From an uncultured bacterium (GTDB lineage: Bacteria > Babelota > Babeliae > Babelales > Vermiphilaceae), in contig OY970212.1 of the NCBI GenBank assembly GCA_963713925.1, forward strand, positions 928,001 to 992,000: 64,000 nucleotides of DNA, written 5' to 3'. Positions 19,715-28,476 of the stretch are shown piece after piece (position 1 is the first letter of the stretch; each line of letters opens with the position of its first letter). The position numbers were made by a program, and so were the translations under genes. Under the pieces are notes generated by a model that worked only from the letters and a program-made list of their open reading frames with translations, searched no databases and was not told where the DNA came from.

Positions 19715-19748
19715 GGTGTCCCCAAGCGTAATGTATGTAGCTTGGGGT
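19715..19748. repeat. Family A repeat (intergenic)
   Basis: GGTGTCCCCAAGCGTAATGTATGTAGCTTGGGGT. Confidence 0.75.
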
Positions 19749-19756
19749 TTATTAGT

Positions 19757-19951
19757 TTATTCCATATCCTCTTCACGTCGTGAACCAGCTTCTCGCTTTT
19801 CACCACGGTTTGATTGAGCTTGTTTAGACTCATTACGCTCATGCTTCATCGATTTTTCTTCACGTTCAGCATGATTAAATTGTCCATGCTTTGAAGCTTC
19901 TTTTTGTTCTTTTTGGTTGTTGTTCCAACCGTGTTTTTTTTCGTTAGCCAT
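19757..19951 (-). CDS. Small hydrophilic, probably disordered protein
   Basis: 64 aa, E/K/R/Q-rich, AGGAGG RBS; N-terminus shared with 20139-20315. Confidence 0.8.
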   Translation of the reverse strand: MANEKKHGWNNNQKEQKEASKHGQFNHAEREEKSMKHERNESKQAQSNRGEKREAGSRREEDME

Positions 19952-20079
19952 GAGAACCTCCTTTTTAGGTAATAGCTACAATAGACTCCCCGATACAAGA
20001 ACTGTACCTGGTTACTATAAGTGTAACAACTCAACTACCCAAAAAGCAATAATTTCAGTTAAAAATTTTAATTTAGGCT

Positions 20080-20124
20080 AAAAAAAGATATCCCGGAGAA
20101 ATTAATCTCGGGATATCTTTTTTT
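20080..20124. terminator. Intrinsic terminator after the Cys-rich gene
   Basis: AAAAAAAGATATCCCG ... CGGGATATCTTTTTTT. Confidence 0.8.
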
Positions 20125-20138
20125 GTAAGCAAATGTAT

Positions 20139-20315
20139 TTATTTGCAATTTTTGTCGCCGCATTTGCCGCAATCACTGCATTTACAGTCTTTGCCGCAGC
20201 AGTCACAGTCTTTCGCACAAGACTTGCCATGCTTTTCATGCTTCATTGACTTATCATGGTGCGACGCACTCTTTTCTGAGTGAGGGTGTTGACCATATTT
20301 TTTTTCCTGAGCCAT
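20139..20315 (-). CDS. Metallothionein-like His/Cys-rich peptide (58 aa, absent from ORF track)
   Basis: Hand translation MAQEKKYGQHPHSEKSASHHDKSMKHEKHGKSCAKDCDCCGKDCKCSDCGKCGDKNCK; AAGGAG RBS; own terminator. Confidence 0.85.
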   Translation of the reverse strand: MAQEKKYGQHPHSEKSASHHDKSMKHEKHGKSCAKDCDCCGKDCKCSDCGKCGDKNCK

Positions 20316-20427
20316 GAGAATCTCCTTAAATTATAGCTGGAAATAGACTCCTGGAGCATTCCTACTTTTATTTTTCTATAAAAATACCTCCAGTTACTTT
20401 CATCGTAGCATAAACAGCAATCTTATT

Positions 20428-21003
20428 TCAATATTCAGATTGAAAATTATTTACATGGGGTCTGTGTTCTGCCGCCTTGAATTGTTGTTCTAAAATATCG
20501 CGAACACGAGCATGTCGCTCATCATATATCGGGTTAAATTGATCCGAGCAGAAAAAGGGTCGTGTCATAAGCTCTTGTTTTTTCAGAGATACTAAGGCTT
20601 GCCCGGCAATTTGACGAATACATTCGGGGTTATCCTCACATTGTTTGATTGCGACAAAAAGTTGCAACACTTCAAATGCATATCCTTTTTTGGCAAACGT
20701 ACAAATAATTTTTTTTAATGATTTAACACAAACAGCATTGAAGGGAATGATTGCGAGATATCCTTTTATTTTTTTAACTTCCTCCTGCGCTTCATGTTCG
20801 TTTAAACCATGATTTGCTTTAATCCGACTTGCTGTCATTTCCAAGGCATAGCGCGCGTCAGCAATTTGAAGCATTCTAATCGCCATATTCTGTCGATTTA
20901 CTTTTTCAAGACGGGGTGATATTGTCGGCTTATCAGCTGCTCTGATAAAAGAGACGAAACTAAGAAATAGAAATGTCAGCTGACTTCTCACGAGACTCTC
21001 CAT
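20428..21003 (-). CDS. Secreted hypothetical protein
   Basis: Signal peptide ending IRAAD; start uncertain. Confidence 0.7.
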   Translation of the reverse strand: MESLVRSQLTFLFLSFVSFIRAADKPTISPRLEKVNRQNMAIRMLQIADARYALEMTASRIKANHGLNEHEAQEEVKKIKGYLAIIPFNAVCVKSLKKIICTFAKKGYAFEVLQLFVAIKQCEDNPECIRQIAGQALVSLKKQELMTRPFFCSDQFNPIYDERHARVRDILEQQFKAAEHRPHVNNFQSEY

Positions 21004-21018
21004 TTTATTTTTGTGACA

Positions 21019-21065
21019 AATGAGTGGGGTGACTATACTCAATAAGCGTAGTCACCCCACTCATT
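21019..21065. terminator. 17-bp perfect inverted repeat (terminator or RNA stabiliser)
   Basis: AATGAGTGGGGTGACTA / TAGTCACCCCACTCATT. Confidence 0.55.
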
Positions 21066-21102
21066 CGATTGCAAGCTAACGTAATTTTAAATCAAATTAT
21101 CC

Positions 21103-21657
21103 TCATGCTACCTTTTTAATATCTTCATCAGTAACATTGCCAAACAAATTAATGCCTGAGCTCGCACCACTTCCGGTGAAAAGCCCCTTCGCCCTATTTC
21201 CTTTTTGTGGTCGAATGGAAATATTGCCATCTTTATCTTCTTCGACAACAAGCGCTATAATTTTTCTCTTGCTATTTTGATTGAGTTTATAGGTAATCGA
21301 TTTTTTGGTTTTTGGGTTATAAACTTGAAATTTGAATTCTTGCGTTACATCGAGTGGTTCAATCCCTCTTGCTCCTTGTCGAGATTGACCACCAACCACT
21401 TGAGTTATACGCAAATAATCTTTGCCCTTTAATTTTCCCTGAACACGATCTTTTGTGAGGGCCTGATTTTCTTTAAAAACCGCTAGACCCTTGCTTTGAA
21501 TATCAAGCCCGATACCAAAATCGTTTTTGGTATCATTGCGCACTTCGATAATGCCTACAGTTTGGCTCGGCTTTGACCCTTGCTCACTAATAACTTCAAC
21601 ATCCGCTTGAAGCATTGCCGCAGACATGAGCAACATACTGGCTATTTGTTTTTTCAT
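21103..21657 (-). CDS. Secreted hypothetical protein
   Basis: MKKQIASMLLMSAAMLQAD signal peptide, AGGAG RBS. Confidence 0.8.
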   Translation of the reverse strand: MKKQIASMLLMSAAMLQADVEVISEQGSKPSQTVGIIEVRNDTKNDFGIGLDIQSKGLAVFKENQALTKDRVQGKLKGKDYLRITQVVGGQSRQGARGIEPLDVTQEFKFQVYNPKTKKSITYKLNQNSKRKIIALVVEEDKDGNISIRPQKGNRAKGLFTGSGASSGINLFGNVTDEDIKKVA

Positions 21658-21817
21658 TCCTCACTCCTTTCAAATAAAAAAAATAAGACTTCGGATACAT
21701 CCTATTCTAAACGTGGTTCAAATTGCTATACCTTTTCACGGCTCTGGTAGCGGTATTTTCAAATTTGGTGTATTTTACTCAGAAAAGATCATTTATATTC
21801 TCGTTTGAGGAAATATC

Positions 21818-23521
21818 ATGAAATCAGATAAAGCCCTTGAAATGCTGCGCCATTCATGCGCGCATCTTCTCGCACACGCTGTTGTAGAACTCTATCCTGA
21901 TACCTTGCTTACTATTGGACCCGCAACTGAAACAGGCTTTTTTTATGATTTCCTTCCAACGACAAACTTCAAAGAGGCCGACCTTCCTGCTATTGAAACT
22001 CGCATGCGAGAAATTCAAGCGCGCAACCTGCCTATTACTCACAAACAAATAACAAAGGATGAGGCTCGAAAGATATTTGCCAGCAATCGATTCAAACTGG
22101 AACTTATTAATGAAATTCCCGGCGACACAGTCGGGCTCGCAAGCCAAGGCAATTTTCATGACCTCTGTAAAGGAGGACACGTCAATGCAACCGGAGATAT
22201 CAAGCATTATAAAATCCAAGCAATCTCCGGATCATACTGGCGCGCAGATAAAACCAACCAAGCCTTGCAACGCATCACCGGTACTGCATTTTTGACCGAA
22301 AAAGATCTCAAAGACTACGAGCAACAGATTGAAGACGCGCAGCGCTATGACCATCGCCGCATCGGAAAACAGCTTGATCTCTTTTCTTTCCATGAAGAAG
22401 GAGTCGGATTTCCCTTTTTTCACCCGAAGGGCAAGTTCGTTTTGAATCTTCTGCAAGGGTATCTACGAAAGCTGCTTGAAAAAGCCGGGTATCTTGAAAT
22501 TCAAACACCCATCATGCTTTCAGATGAATTGTGGAAACAATCGGGACATTATGCACATTATAAAAATAATATGTATTTCTGTTCCATTGATGAGAAAGAT
22601 TACGCAGTCAAACCGATGAACTGCCCCGGCTCAATTCTCATTTATAAAGAGCGCCCACGATCATACAAAGATCTCCCGCTTCGACTTTCTGAATTTGGAT
22701 TAGTACATCGCTTTGAACTTTCAGGAGTGTTGCATGGGCTATTCCGCGTGAGAGCATTTACCATTGATGACGCCCATATTTTCTGCACCCCTGAGCAAAT
22801 CGAGCAAGAAGTCTTGAATGCTATCAAGCTCAATGTGGAAGTGTTTAAAAAGTTCGGCTTTGAACATATTGATATCGGTCTTTCAACCAAGCCTTCAAAC
22901 GCAATGGGCAGCGATGCTTTGTGGAAAAAGGCAATTGATGCATTAGCAAATGCACTCACTACTGCAGGACTGAAATTTAAAATTAATGAAGGCGACGGAG
23001 CCTTTTACGGGCCTAAAATCGAATTTGGTATCAAAGATTCGATGGGCCGCGAATGGCAATGCGGCACCGTGCAGCTCGACTTTTTCCTTCCGGAAAATTT
23101 CAACCTCGAGTATGTCGCCTCCGGCGGGGCCAAAGAGCGGCCGGTCATGATTCACCGCGCCATTTATGGTTCATTTGAGCGATTCTTTGCAATTCTACTT
23201 GAACACTTTAAGGGCAACCTCCCATTCTGGGTTGCGCCGACACAAATTCGTATTTTAACCATTACTGATGAACAAAAGCCATATGCGCTCGATATCGCTG
23301 AGAAATTAAAAGCAACCGGTTTACGCGTGGAGATTGATGAATCGCATGATCAGATATCTGCTCAAATTAAAACAGCCCAATTGGCTAAGATTCCATGGAT
23401 GCTCGTAATTGGTAAAAAAGAAGCTGAAAACAAGACGATTACGCTCAGATATTTGGACGGCAAGCAGGAGTTTGGATTGAACTTAGAAACGGTCATTGAA
23501 AAGGCCAAGAACCTTTTATAG
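21818..23521 (+). CDS. thrS: Threonine--tRNA ligase (lacks N-terminal TGS domain)
   Basis: RHSCAHLLA, DLCKGGH, DHRRIG, KPMNCP, GAFYGPKI, MIHRAIYGSFERF. Confidence 0.98.
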   Translation: MKSDKALEMLRHSCAHLLAHAVVELYPDTLLTIGPATETGFFYDFLPTTNFKEADLPAIETRMREIQARNLPITHKQITKDEARKIFASNRFKLELINEIPGDTVGLASQGNFHDLCKGGHVNATGDIKHYKIQAISGSYWRADKTNQALQRITGTAFLTEKDLKDYEQQIEDAQRYDHRRIGKQLDLFSFHEEGVGFPFFHPKGKFVLNLLQGYLRKLLEKAGYLEIQTPIMLSDELWKQSGHYAHYKNNMYFCSIDEKDYAVKPMNCPGSILIYKERPRSYKDLPLRLSEFGLVHRFELSGVLHGLFRVRAFTIDDAHIFCTPEQIEQEVLNAIKLNVEVFKKFGFEHIDIGLSTKPSNAMGSDALWKKAIDALANALTTAGLKFKINEGDGAFYGPKIEFGIKDSMGREWQCGTVQLDFFLPENFNLEYVASGGAKERPVMIHRAIYGSFERFFAILLEHFKGNLPFWVAPTQIRILTITDEQKPYALDIAEKLKATGLRVEIDESHDQISAQIKTAQLAKIPWMLVIGKKEAENKTITLRYLDGKQEFGLNLETVIEKAKNLL

Positions 23522-23535
23522 CGAAATAATTTTGC

Positions 23536-24693
23536 ATGAAAAGTATGAATGTAACGATATCTCTGTCGTTTCTTATCTTTAACACAATAGTTTTCTCACT
23601 ATGTGCTCTTGATATCCCAAAACTGAGGGATGCTGTTATTATCAAACCGATCGTCGATGCAAGCATAAGCATGCCGATTCCTATTAATGATCCGGCATCG
23701 CCACAGAACGAAAAAATCAGAAGAGCTCATCAGTTTCTTTTCAATCAAAGAGTGAGTGTGATCGGTCAGGATCAAGGCTGCCTTGTTGTGCAAGTAACAG
23801 ATGATAATGCCATATATGGGACAAGACAAGAAGGTTTACACAACACATTTTGGATCAAACGGAGTGATATCAAAATGCTTAACGAAATAGCTAAAGACAT
23901 TCGAAAGACCATACCTAAGTCAATCTATGGCAAGGGGTCGACAATTGTGCTGACATACCCATGGAAAGGCTTGTCGACTGGCACTCGATTGCGATACTGT
24001 CCCGAATATACAACAGACCAAAGTTATCTTGTTGCATACCCCGACCATCAAAAAAATTCGATATCATATGACTATGTTTCTCATCAAGACGCGATTGTAG
24101 AAACCCCCAAAACCTCCCTTGAATCTCGCGCTCTCTTTGTACGTCTTATCAATGGATTGATGGATAGATTATATGAGTCTGGTGACAAAGTGATCCCTTA
24201 TGTATGGGGTGGAAGCAGTTTTATCAGGGCACACGCCCCCAATGATTATTATCTGGCAGAAGATGGGTCTGCTTGGCATAGAGCTGGAAATCAGATGCCA
24301 TATACCGGTTACGATTGCTCCGAATTTGTGATGCGTATGGCACAAATGGTAGGAATCAATTTCCCATGGAAAATAACTACCACAATGAAAGATGCTCTTT
24401 CTCCCCTCGCTCCCGAGGATCAACTCCAAGAAGGCGACCTGATTTGGACGCACGGGCATATTATGCTTGTAAGCAATCTTGAGCGTAATGAAGTTATAGA
24501 ATCTCGTGGTTACAGCTCCGGATACGGATGCGTACATCGAATTCGTCTGTGCGAATGCCTTGACGGTGTTGAAACATTTAATGAGCTTTGCAAGCGATAT
24601 GTAGCACAAGAGCCGATTCGCTACAAAAATAAAGCTGGTTTCCTCGCTGATAAATCCCAACCCTTTCAATTGTTAAAACTTCCTTGCGACTAA
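23536..24693 (+). CDS. NlpC/P60 family cysteine peptidase, exported
   Basis: PYVWGG, GYDCS, LQEGDLIW, GHIM. Confidence 0.85.
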   Translation: MKSMNVTISLSFLIFNTIVFSLCALDIPKLRDAVIIKPIVDASISMPIPINDPASPQNEKIRRAHQFLFNQRVSVIGQDQGCLVVQVTDDNAIYGTRQEGLHNTFWIKRSDIKMLNEIAKDIRKTIPKSIYGKGSTIVLTYPWKGLSTGTRLRYCPEYTTDQSYLVAYPDHQKNSISYDYVSHQDAIVETPKTSLESRALFVRLINGLMDRLYESGDKVIPYVWGGSSFIRAHAPNDYYLAEDGSAWHRAGNQMPYTGYDCSEFVMRMAQMVGINFPWKITTTMKDALSPLAPEDQLQEGDLIWTHGHIMLVSNLERNEVIESRGYSSGYGCVHRIRLCECLDGVETFNELCKRYVAQEPIRYKNKAGFLADKSQPFQLLKLPCD

Positions 24694-24717
24694 AAACCAA
24701 ACAAAATTTGGGAAATA

Positions 24718-24750
24718 GTGGCCCCCAAGCTCATGCGCTTCGCTTGAGGT
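24718..24750. repeat. Family A repeat between convergent genes
   Basis: GTGGCCCCCAAGCTCATGCGCTTCGCTTGAGGT. Confidence 0.65.
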
Positions 24751-24755
24751 GATCA

Positions 24756-25418
24756 TCAGCGAGATCTAGTGACGCCCTTGCGCTGGCACAAATCAAAGAT
24801 AGGGCATTTTGAGCAAAAGGGAGAAATGGGAACACATATGTTTTGCCCCCACATAACAAGCAAACGTGTGTATTGAATCCAATACTTTTTTGGCAACAGC
24901 TCCCGCAGTGCCTTTTCCGTTTCTTCAGGAGCTTTGGTTGAGACTAAGCCAAGCCGGTTAGAAATCCGATGAACATGAGTATCGACAACCATTGCAGGTA
25001 TGCCAAAGCCTTCGGCAAGGACCAAATTAGCGGTTTTGCGCCCTACCCCGGGCAATGTCAGAAGTTCTTCCATAGCATTGGGGACTTGAGATGAATAGTT
25101 TGAGATGAGAATGGCTGAAATTTGATGAATGGCGCGCGATTTGTTACGATAAAAACCCACCGGATAGATGAGTTTTTGAATCTGTTCCAAGGAAAGCGCA
25201 AGCATTTGAGAAGGTGTCTTTGCATGCTCAAAGAGCCTGATTGAAGCAGGCAACGAGACAGTATCTCTCGTTCTGAGGCTCAAAATACACGAAATAAGCA
25301 CTAAATAAGGGTCCCGCCCAAACTGATCGACTATTGAAATCGATGCAGGTGGCATCATGCCCTTGGTTGCTTTTTCGAGCGTTTTAATGATTAGTTCAAT
25401 ACGCCCTTCTGAAACCAT
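24756..25418 (-). CDS. nth: Endonuclease III
   Basis: LPGVGRKTAN HhH, VDTHVHR, C-x6-C-x2-C-x5-C Fe-S motif. Confidence 0.97.
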   Translation of the reverse strand: MVSEGRIELIIKTLEKATKGMMPPASISIVDQFGRDPYLVLISCILSLRTRDTVSLPASIRLFEHAKTPSQMLALSLEQIQKLIYPVGFYRNKSRAIHQISAILISNYSSQVPNAMEELLTLPGVGRKTANLVLAEGFGIPAMVVDTHVHRISNRLGLVSTKAPEETEKALRELLPKKYWIQYTRLLVMWGQNICVPISPFCSKCPIFDLCQRKGVTRSR

Positions 25419-25426
25419 CTCGATAA

Positions 25427-25537
25427 TTAACGGAATGGAGGAAACTCTTCAGCAAACACGATTGCCGCAATAACAAATAGGGCAAGTTTAACGTAATCAG
25501 AGTTTACAAAAGCTATAATATTCTTTAGTTTATTCAT
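25427..25537 (-). CDS. Short hydrophobic peptide 1 (36 aa, ends FPPFR)
   Basis: MNKLKNIIAFVNSDYVKLALFVIAAIVFAEEFPPFR; AGGAG RBS 7 nt upstream; divergent from regulator 1. Confidence 0.65.
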   Translation of the reverse strand: MNKLKNIIAFVNSDYVKLALFVIAAIVFAEEFPPFR

Positions 25538-25598
25538 AAGTGGACTCCTGATAAAACAATCTGACCCAAGTATAACCACTTGGCAACCTAAGATCAAT

Positions 25599-28304
25599 AT
25601 GATTGATAACTTTTTAACATTATTCGAACAAGCCTTTGGCAATAATTATTCCCTTTTGGTATTTTTAACGATCTCCTTCTTGGTAAAGGGATATCTTTTT
25701 ATTTATCTCACAATAAAAGGGATTATCAATTCTTCTAAAATTTATCGTCCGGTCCCCCTGCTCTTGCTTGTTCTTTTAAGCGGAATTATTCAAGATTCGG
25801 CCTGGATCGCTAGGCTCATTGGCCGTATTTTCTTCGCATCCAGTCAACCATCTTTGTATGTTGCGGGATGGGTTATCTTTTCCTGGGCCTTTCCTACCAT
25901 TCAATATCAAGCGGTGGCACTTTTTCTTGAATCGCTTGTAAACCAACAAAGACATTTTTCCGGGAGGAATATTCTTACCTCACTAATAAGTGTCGGATTC
26001 AGCATCTTTTTTGTTGCTGCCGGCATACTCAATTTACTTGATATTCGCAGTTTGGATATGCACATAGTGCAAGAATTCTGCAGTTTATATTGCATTTTAT
26101 TTTTAATGCCTTTGAGTATAATAAACGTATTTTTGAAAATGAAAAAAAGCACGGTTCCTGAGATTCTCAGACAGCAATTATTGATCATTCTCAAGTTTTT
26201 TATCTACCCGCAACTTTTTTGTGATTTTATTCAGTTATATCCATTTAAAATTGTATCCAACAGCACTCTTGCAAATAGTTATGGCATGGTTGGTCTCTCG
26301 ACTATCTTACTTGCATGCGCTATGTACTATTGCACCCGGCGAATCATTGCTCTCAGATTCTTAAATATTAAAGAGCACGTTGAAGCTGCCGATCGTTTTA
26401 ACTTCGTTAACAGCTTTAAAGATGTGCTTGAACAGTTTAGCTCGGTAACTAATGTGAAAGAGTTGGCTTATATCACGCAGACCTTCTTTAAAGAAAATTT
26501 TAATATTCCTCTCTCAAAAATACAGGTTCACATCAGGAATGATGGCAAGAAAGAAGGTTCTCTTTCAAGTAGGCCTGAGCTGAGCACCATTGAGGTCGTC
26601 GCTGAAACATTTGTAACTACCCATTATCAAAATATCGCTGCTAAAACTGAAGAAGTTCTTATTTTTGATGAAATTGCGTTTAACAGCTTTTATGGGACAA
26701 AAGATCAACGCCAAGAGCTACACTTTTTAGAAACTATTAATGCTGATATCTTTTTGCCTATCTTCAAAAATGATTCTGTGATTGCCTATATCATAGTTGA
26801 GCGGTATGCGCGACCCAAAGAATTTTACAGCACCGGCGAGCGGGATGAGATGGTTATATTTGCTCACTATTTGGGCAACATGATCCACCTACTCAAAAGC
26901 AGGCAGCTGGAATCGATTATTCAGCAGGAAAAAGAACTCAAAGAAGAGATTTACAATAAACATCAAGAAATCAATCAATATAGAGAAAGCATTCGATCCT
27001 TTTTGCGTAACAAGCCAAAAGAGATTGGCATCTTATTTTATAAGAATCGAAAGTTTATCTTCGGCAATCAGACAGCCCAAGAACTTGTGAAGGTGAATCC
27101 CAACACGCAAGAGGGTCACCCATTTGTGAAAGCAATCAAGCAAATAGCCACCATGGTTGAAGAATACAAGTCACCGCAAAATACGATTTATGCCGAATCT
27201 CCTGATCAAAAATATGTCATATCAGGTGTGCCTAATATTGAAAAAAACAATGTGATCATCACAATCTATCCGCCAGACATTTCTGATATCATAAAGCGAC
27301 AATTCAGTAGCTTGAAAGATCCGAGTAAATGGGATTATTTACTCTATCTTGAAACGACTCAATCGGGACAACTCATCAATCAAATGATCCCGGGAAATAG
27401 TGAGACTATTCTTCATTTCAAAATTGATCTACTCAAGCTCGCGCTGAATAAAAAGGCTATTTTAATCGATATGCCGCAAGAAGACACTCTTTCGATCGTT
27501 GAGATTCTCCATCATATATCATTGCGCGAGACACTCCATGTGATGCATATCAAAAGTCCATCTTCACATGCGGAACATGCTATCAAGCTCTTTGGAATCA
27601 ACCCCATTTTTTCTATGAATAAAGATACACAGTCACTGCTTGAAAAGCTCCATAACGTCGGCACGCTTTTTATTGAAAACATACACTTGCTTGAACTTGA
27701 AACTCAGGAATATTTGGCTGAATATTTACAATACGGCATGTTTCGCGTGTACAAAAGTGATCAACGAAAAGAAGCGAATGTACGCATTATCTGCTCAAGC
27801 AATCAGGATTTAACCTATCTCAGTCAACAAGGAAAATTTTCAGCTAACCTTCTTGCCGAATTGAAAAAAACACAGATTAAATTCCCCTCATTGCACGAAC
27901 TTCCACAAGAAGAACTTTCAGAACTCACTGAAGGATTCTCTCATGGCATGCTTCAAAACCAAGCCTATTCGAGTCTCTTGGAATTGACCGACCGAGAAAA
28001 AAATAGACTCATTGAATCGCGTCCGGTGAGTTTTAAGGAGCTTAAGCAACGAATTCAACAACTTATGCATAATAAATCAAAAAAGAATGAAATTGAGCAT
28101 GAAACTCATTTCGACCCAGCATTTGTTGATATTTCAAATCCTGAGCTTCTGCAAGCTGTCAGACTTGGCAAACACGCACTGCGCGACAAACGGGTCATGA
28201 CTATGTTGTGGAACAAATTTAAGAATCAGAATAAGATTGCGTCATTCTTGGGCGTTAACAGATCGTCAGTAAACCGACGCTGCAAAGAATTCAATCTTGA
28301 ATGA
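25599..28304 (+). CDS. Membrane-anchored regulator 1: multi-TM sensor, GAF/PAS-like region, degenerate sigma54-activator AAA+ domain, Fis-type HTH
   Basis: About 7 TM segments in the first 250 aa; GTLFIENIH, NVRIICSSN; HTH NQNKIASFLGVNRSSVNRR. Confidence 0.85.
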   Translation: MIDNFLTLFEQAFGNNYSLLVFLTISFLVKGYLFIYLTIKGIINSSKIYRPVPLLLLVLLSGIIQDSAWIARLIGRIFFASSQPSLYVAGWVIFSWAFPTIQYQAVALFLESLVNQQRHFSGRNILTSLISVGFSIFFVAAGILNLLDIRSLDMHIVQEFCSLYCILFLMPLSIINVFLKMKKSTVPEILRQQLLIILKFFIYPQLFCDFIQLYPFKIVSNSTLANSYGMVGLSTILLACAMYYCTRRIIALRFLNIKEHVEAADRFNFVNSFKDVLEQFSSVTNVKELAYITQTFFKENFNIPLSKIQVHIRNDGKKEGSLSSRPELSTIEVVAETFVTTHYQNIAAKTEEVLIFDEIAFNSFYGTKDQRQELHFLETINADIFLPIFKNDSVIAYIIVERYARPKEFYSTGERDEMVIFAHYLGNMIHLLKSRQLESIIQQEKELKEEIYNKHQEINQYRESIRSFLRNKPKEIGILFYKNRKFIFGNQTAQELVKVNPNTQEGHPFVKAIKQIATMVEEYKSPQNTIYAESPDQKYVISGVPNIEKNNVIITIYPPDISDIIKRQFSSLKDPSKWDYLLYLETTQSGQLINQMIPGNSETILHFKIDLLKLALNKKAILIDMPQEDTLSIVEILHHISLRETLHVMHIKSPSSHAEHAIKLFGINPIFSMNKDTQSLLEKLHNVGTLFIENIHLLELETQEYLAEYLQYGMFRVYKSDQRKEANVRIICSSNQDLTYLSQQGKFSANLLAELKKTQIKFPSLHELPQEELSELTEGFSHGMLQNQAYSSLLELTDREKNRLIESRPVSFKELKQRIQQLMHNKSKKNEIEHETHFDPAFVDISNPELLQAVRLGKHALRDKRVMTMLWNKFKNQNKIASFLGVNRSSVNRRCKEFNLE

Positions 28305-28316
28305 TGCGAATCAAAT

Positions 28317-28394
28317 TTAATCGTTCGGTGGAAATCTCATCATTACCGCGATGAGAAAAACTACTGAAAAAAATTGAAATAGTAACGTACTCAT
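28317..28394 (-). CDS. Short hydrophobic peptide 2 (25 aa, ends FPPND)
   Basis: MSTLLFQFFSVVFLIAVMMRFPPND; GAGGA RBS; divergent from regulator 2. Confidence 0.6.
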   Translation of the reverse strand: MSTLLFQFFSVVFLIAVMMRFPPND

Positions 28395-28476
28395 ATATCT
28401 TCCTCGAAAGTTATTCGTCCTTTCCCTCCATGTTGCAATCTCTTTATGATGTTGTAGTATAGTGACATTATAAAGG

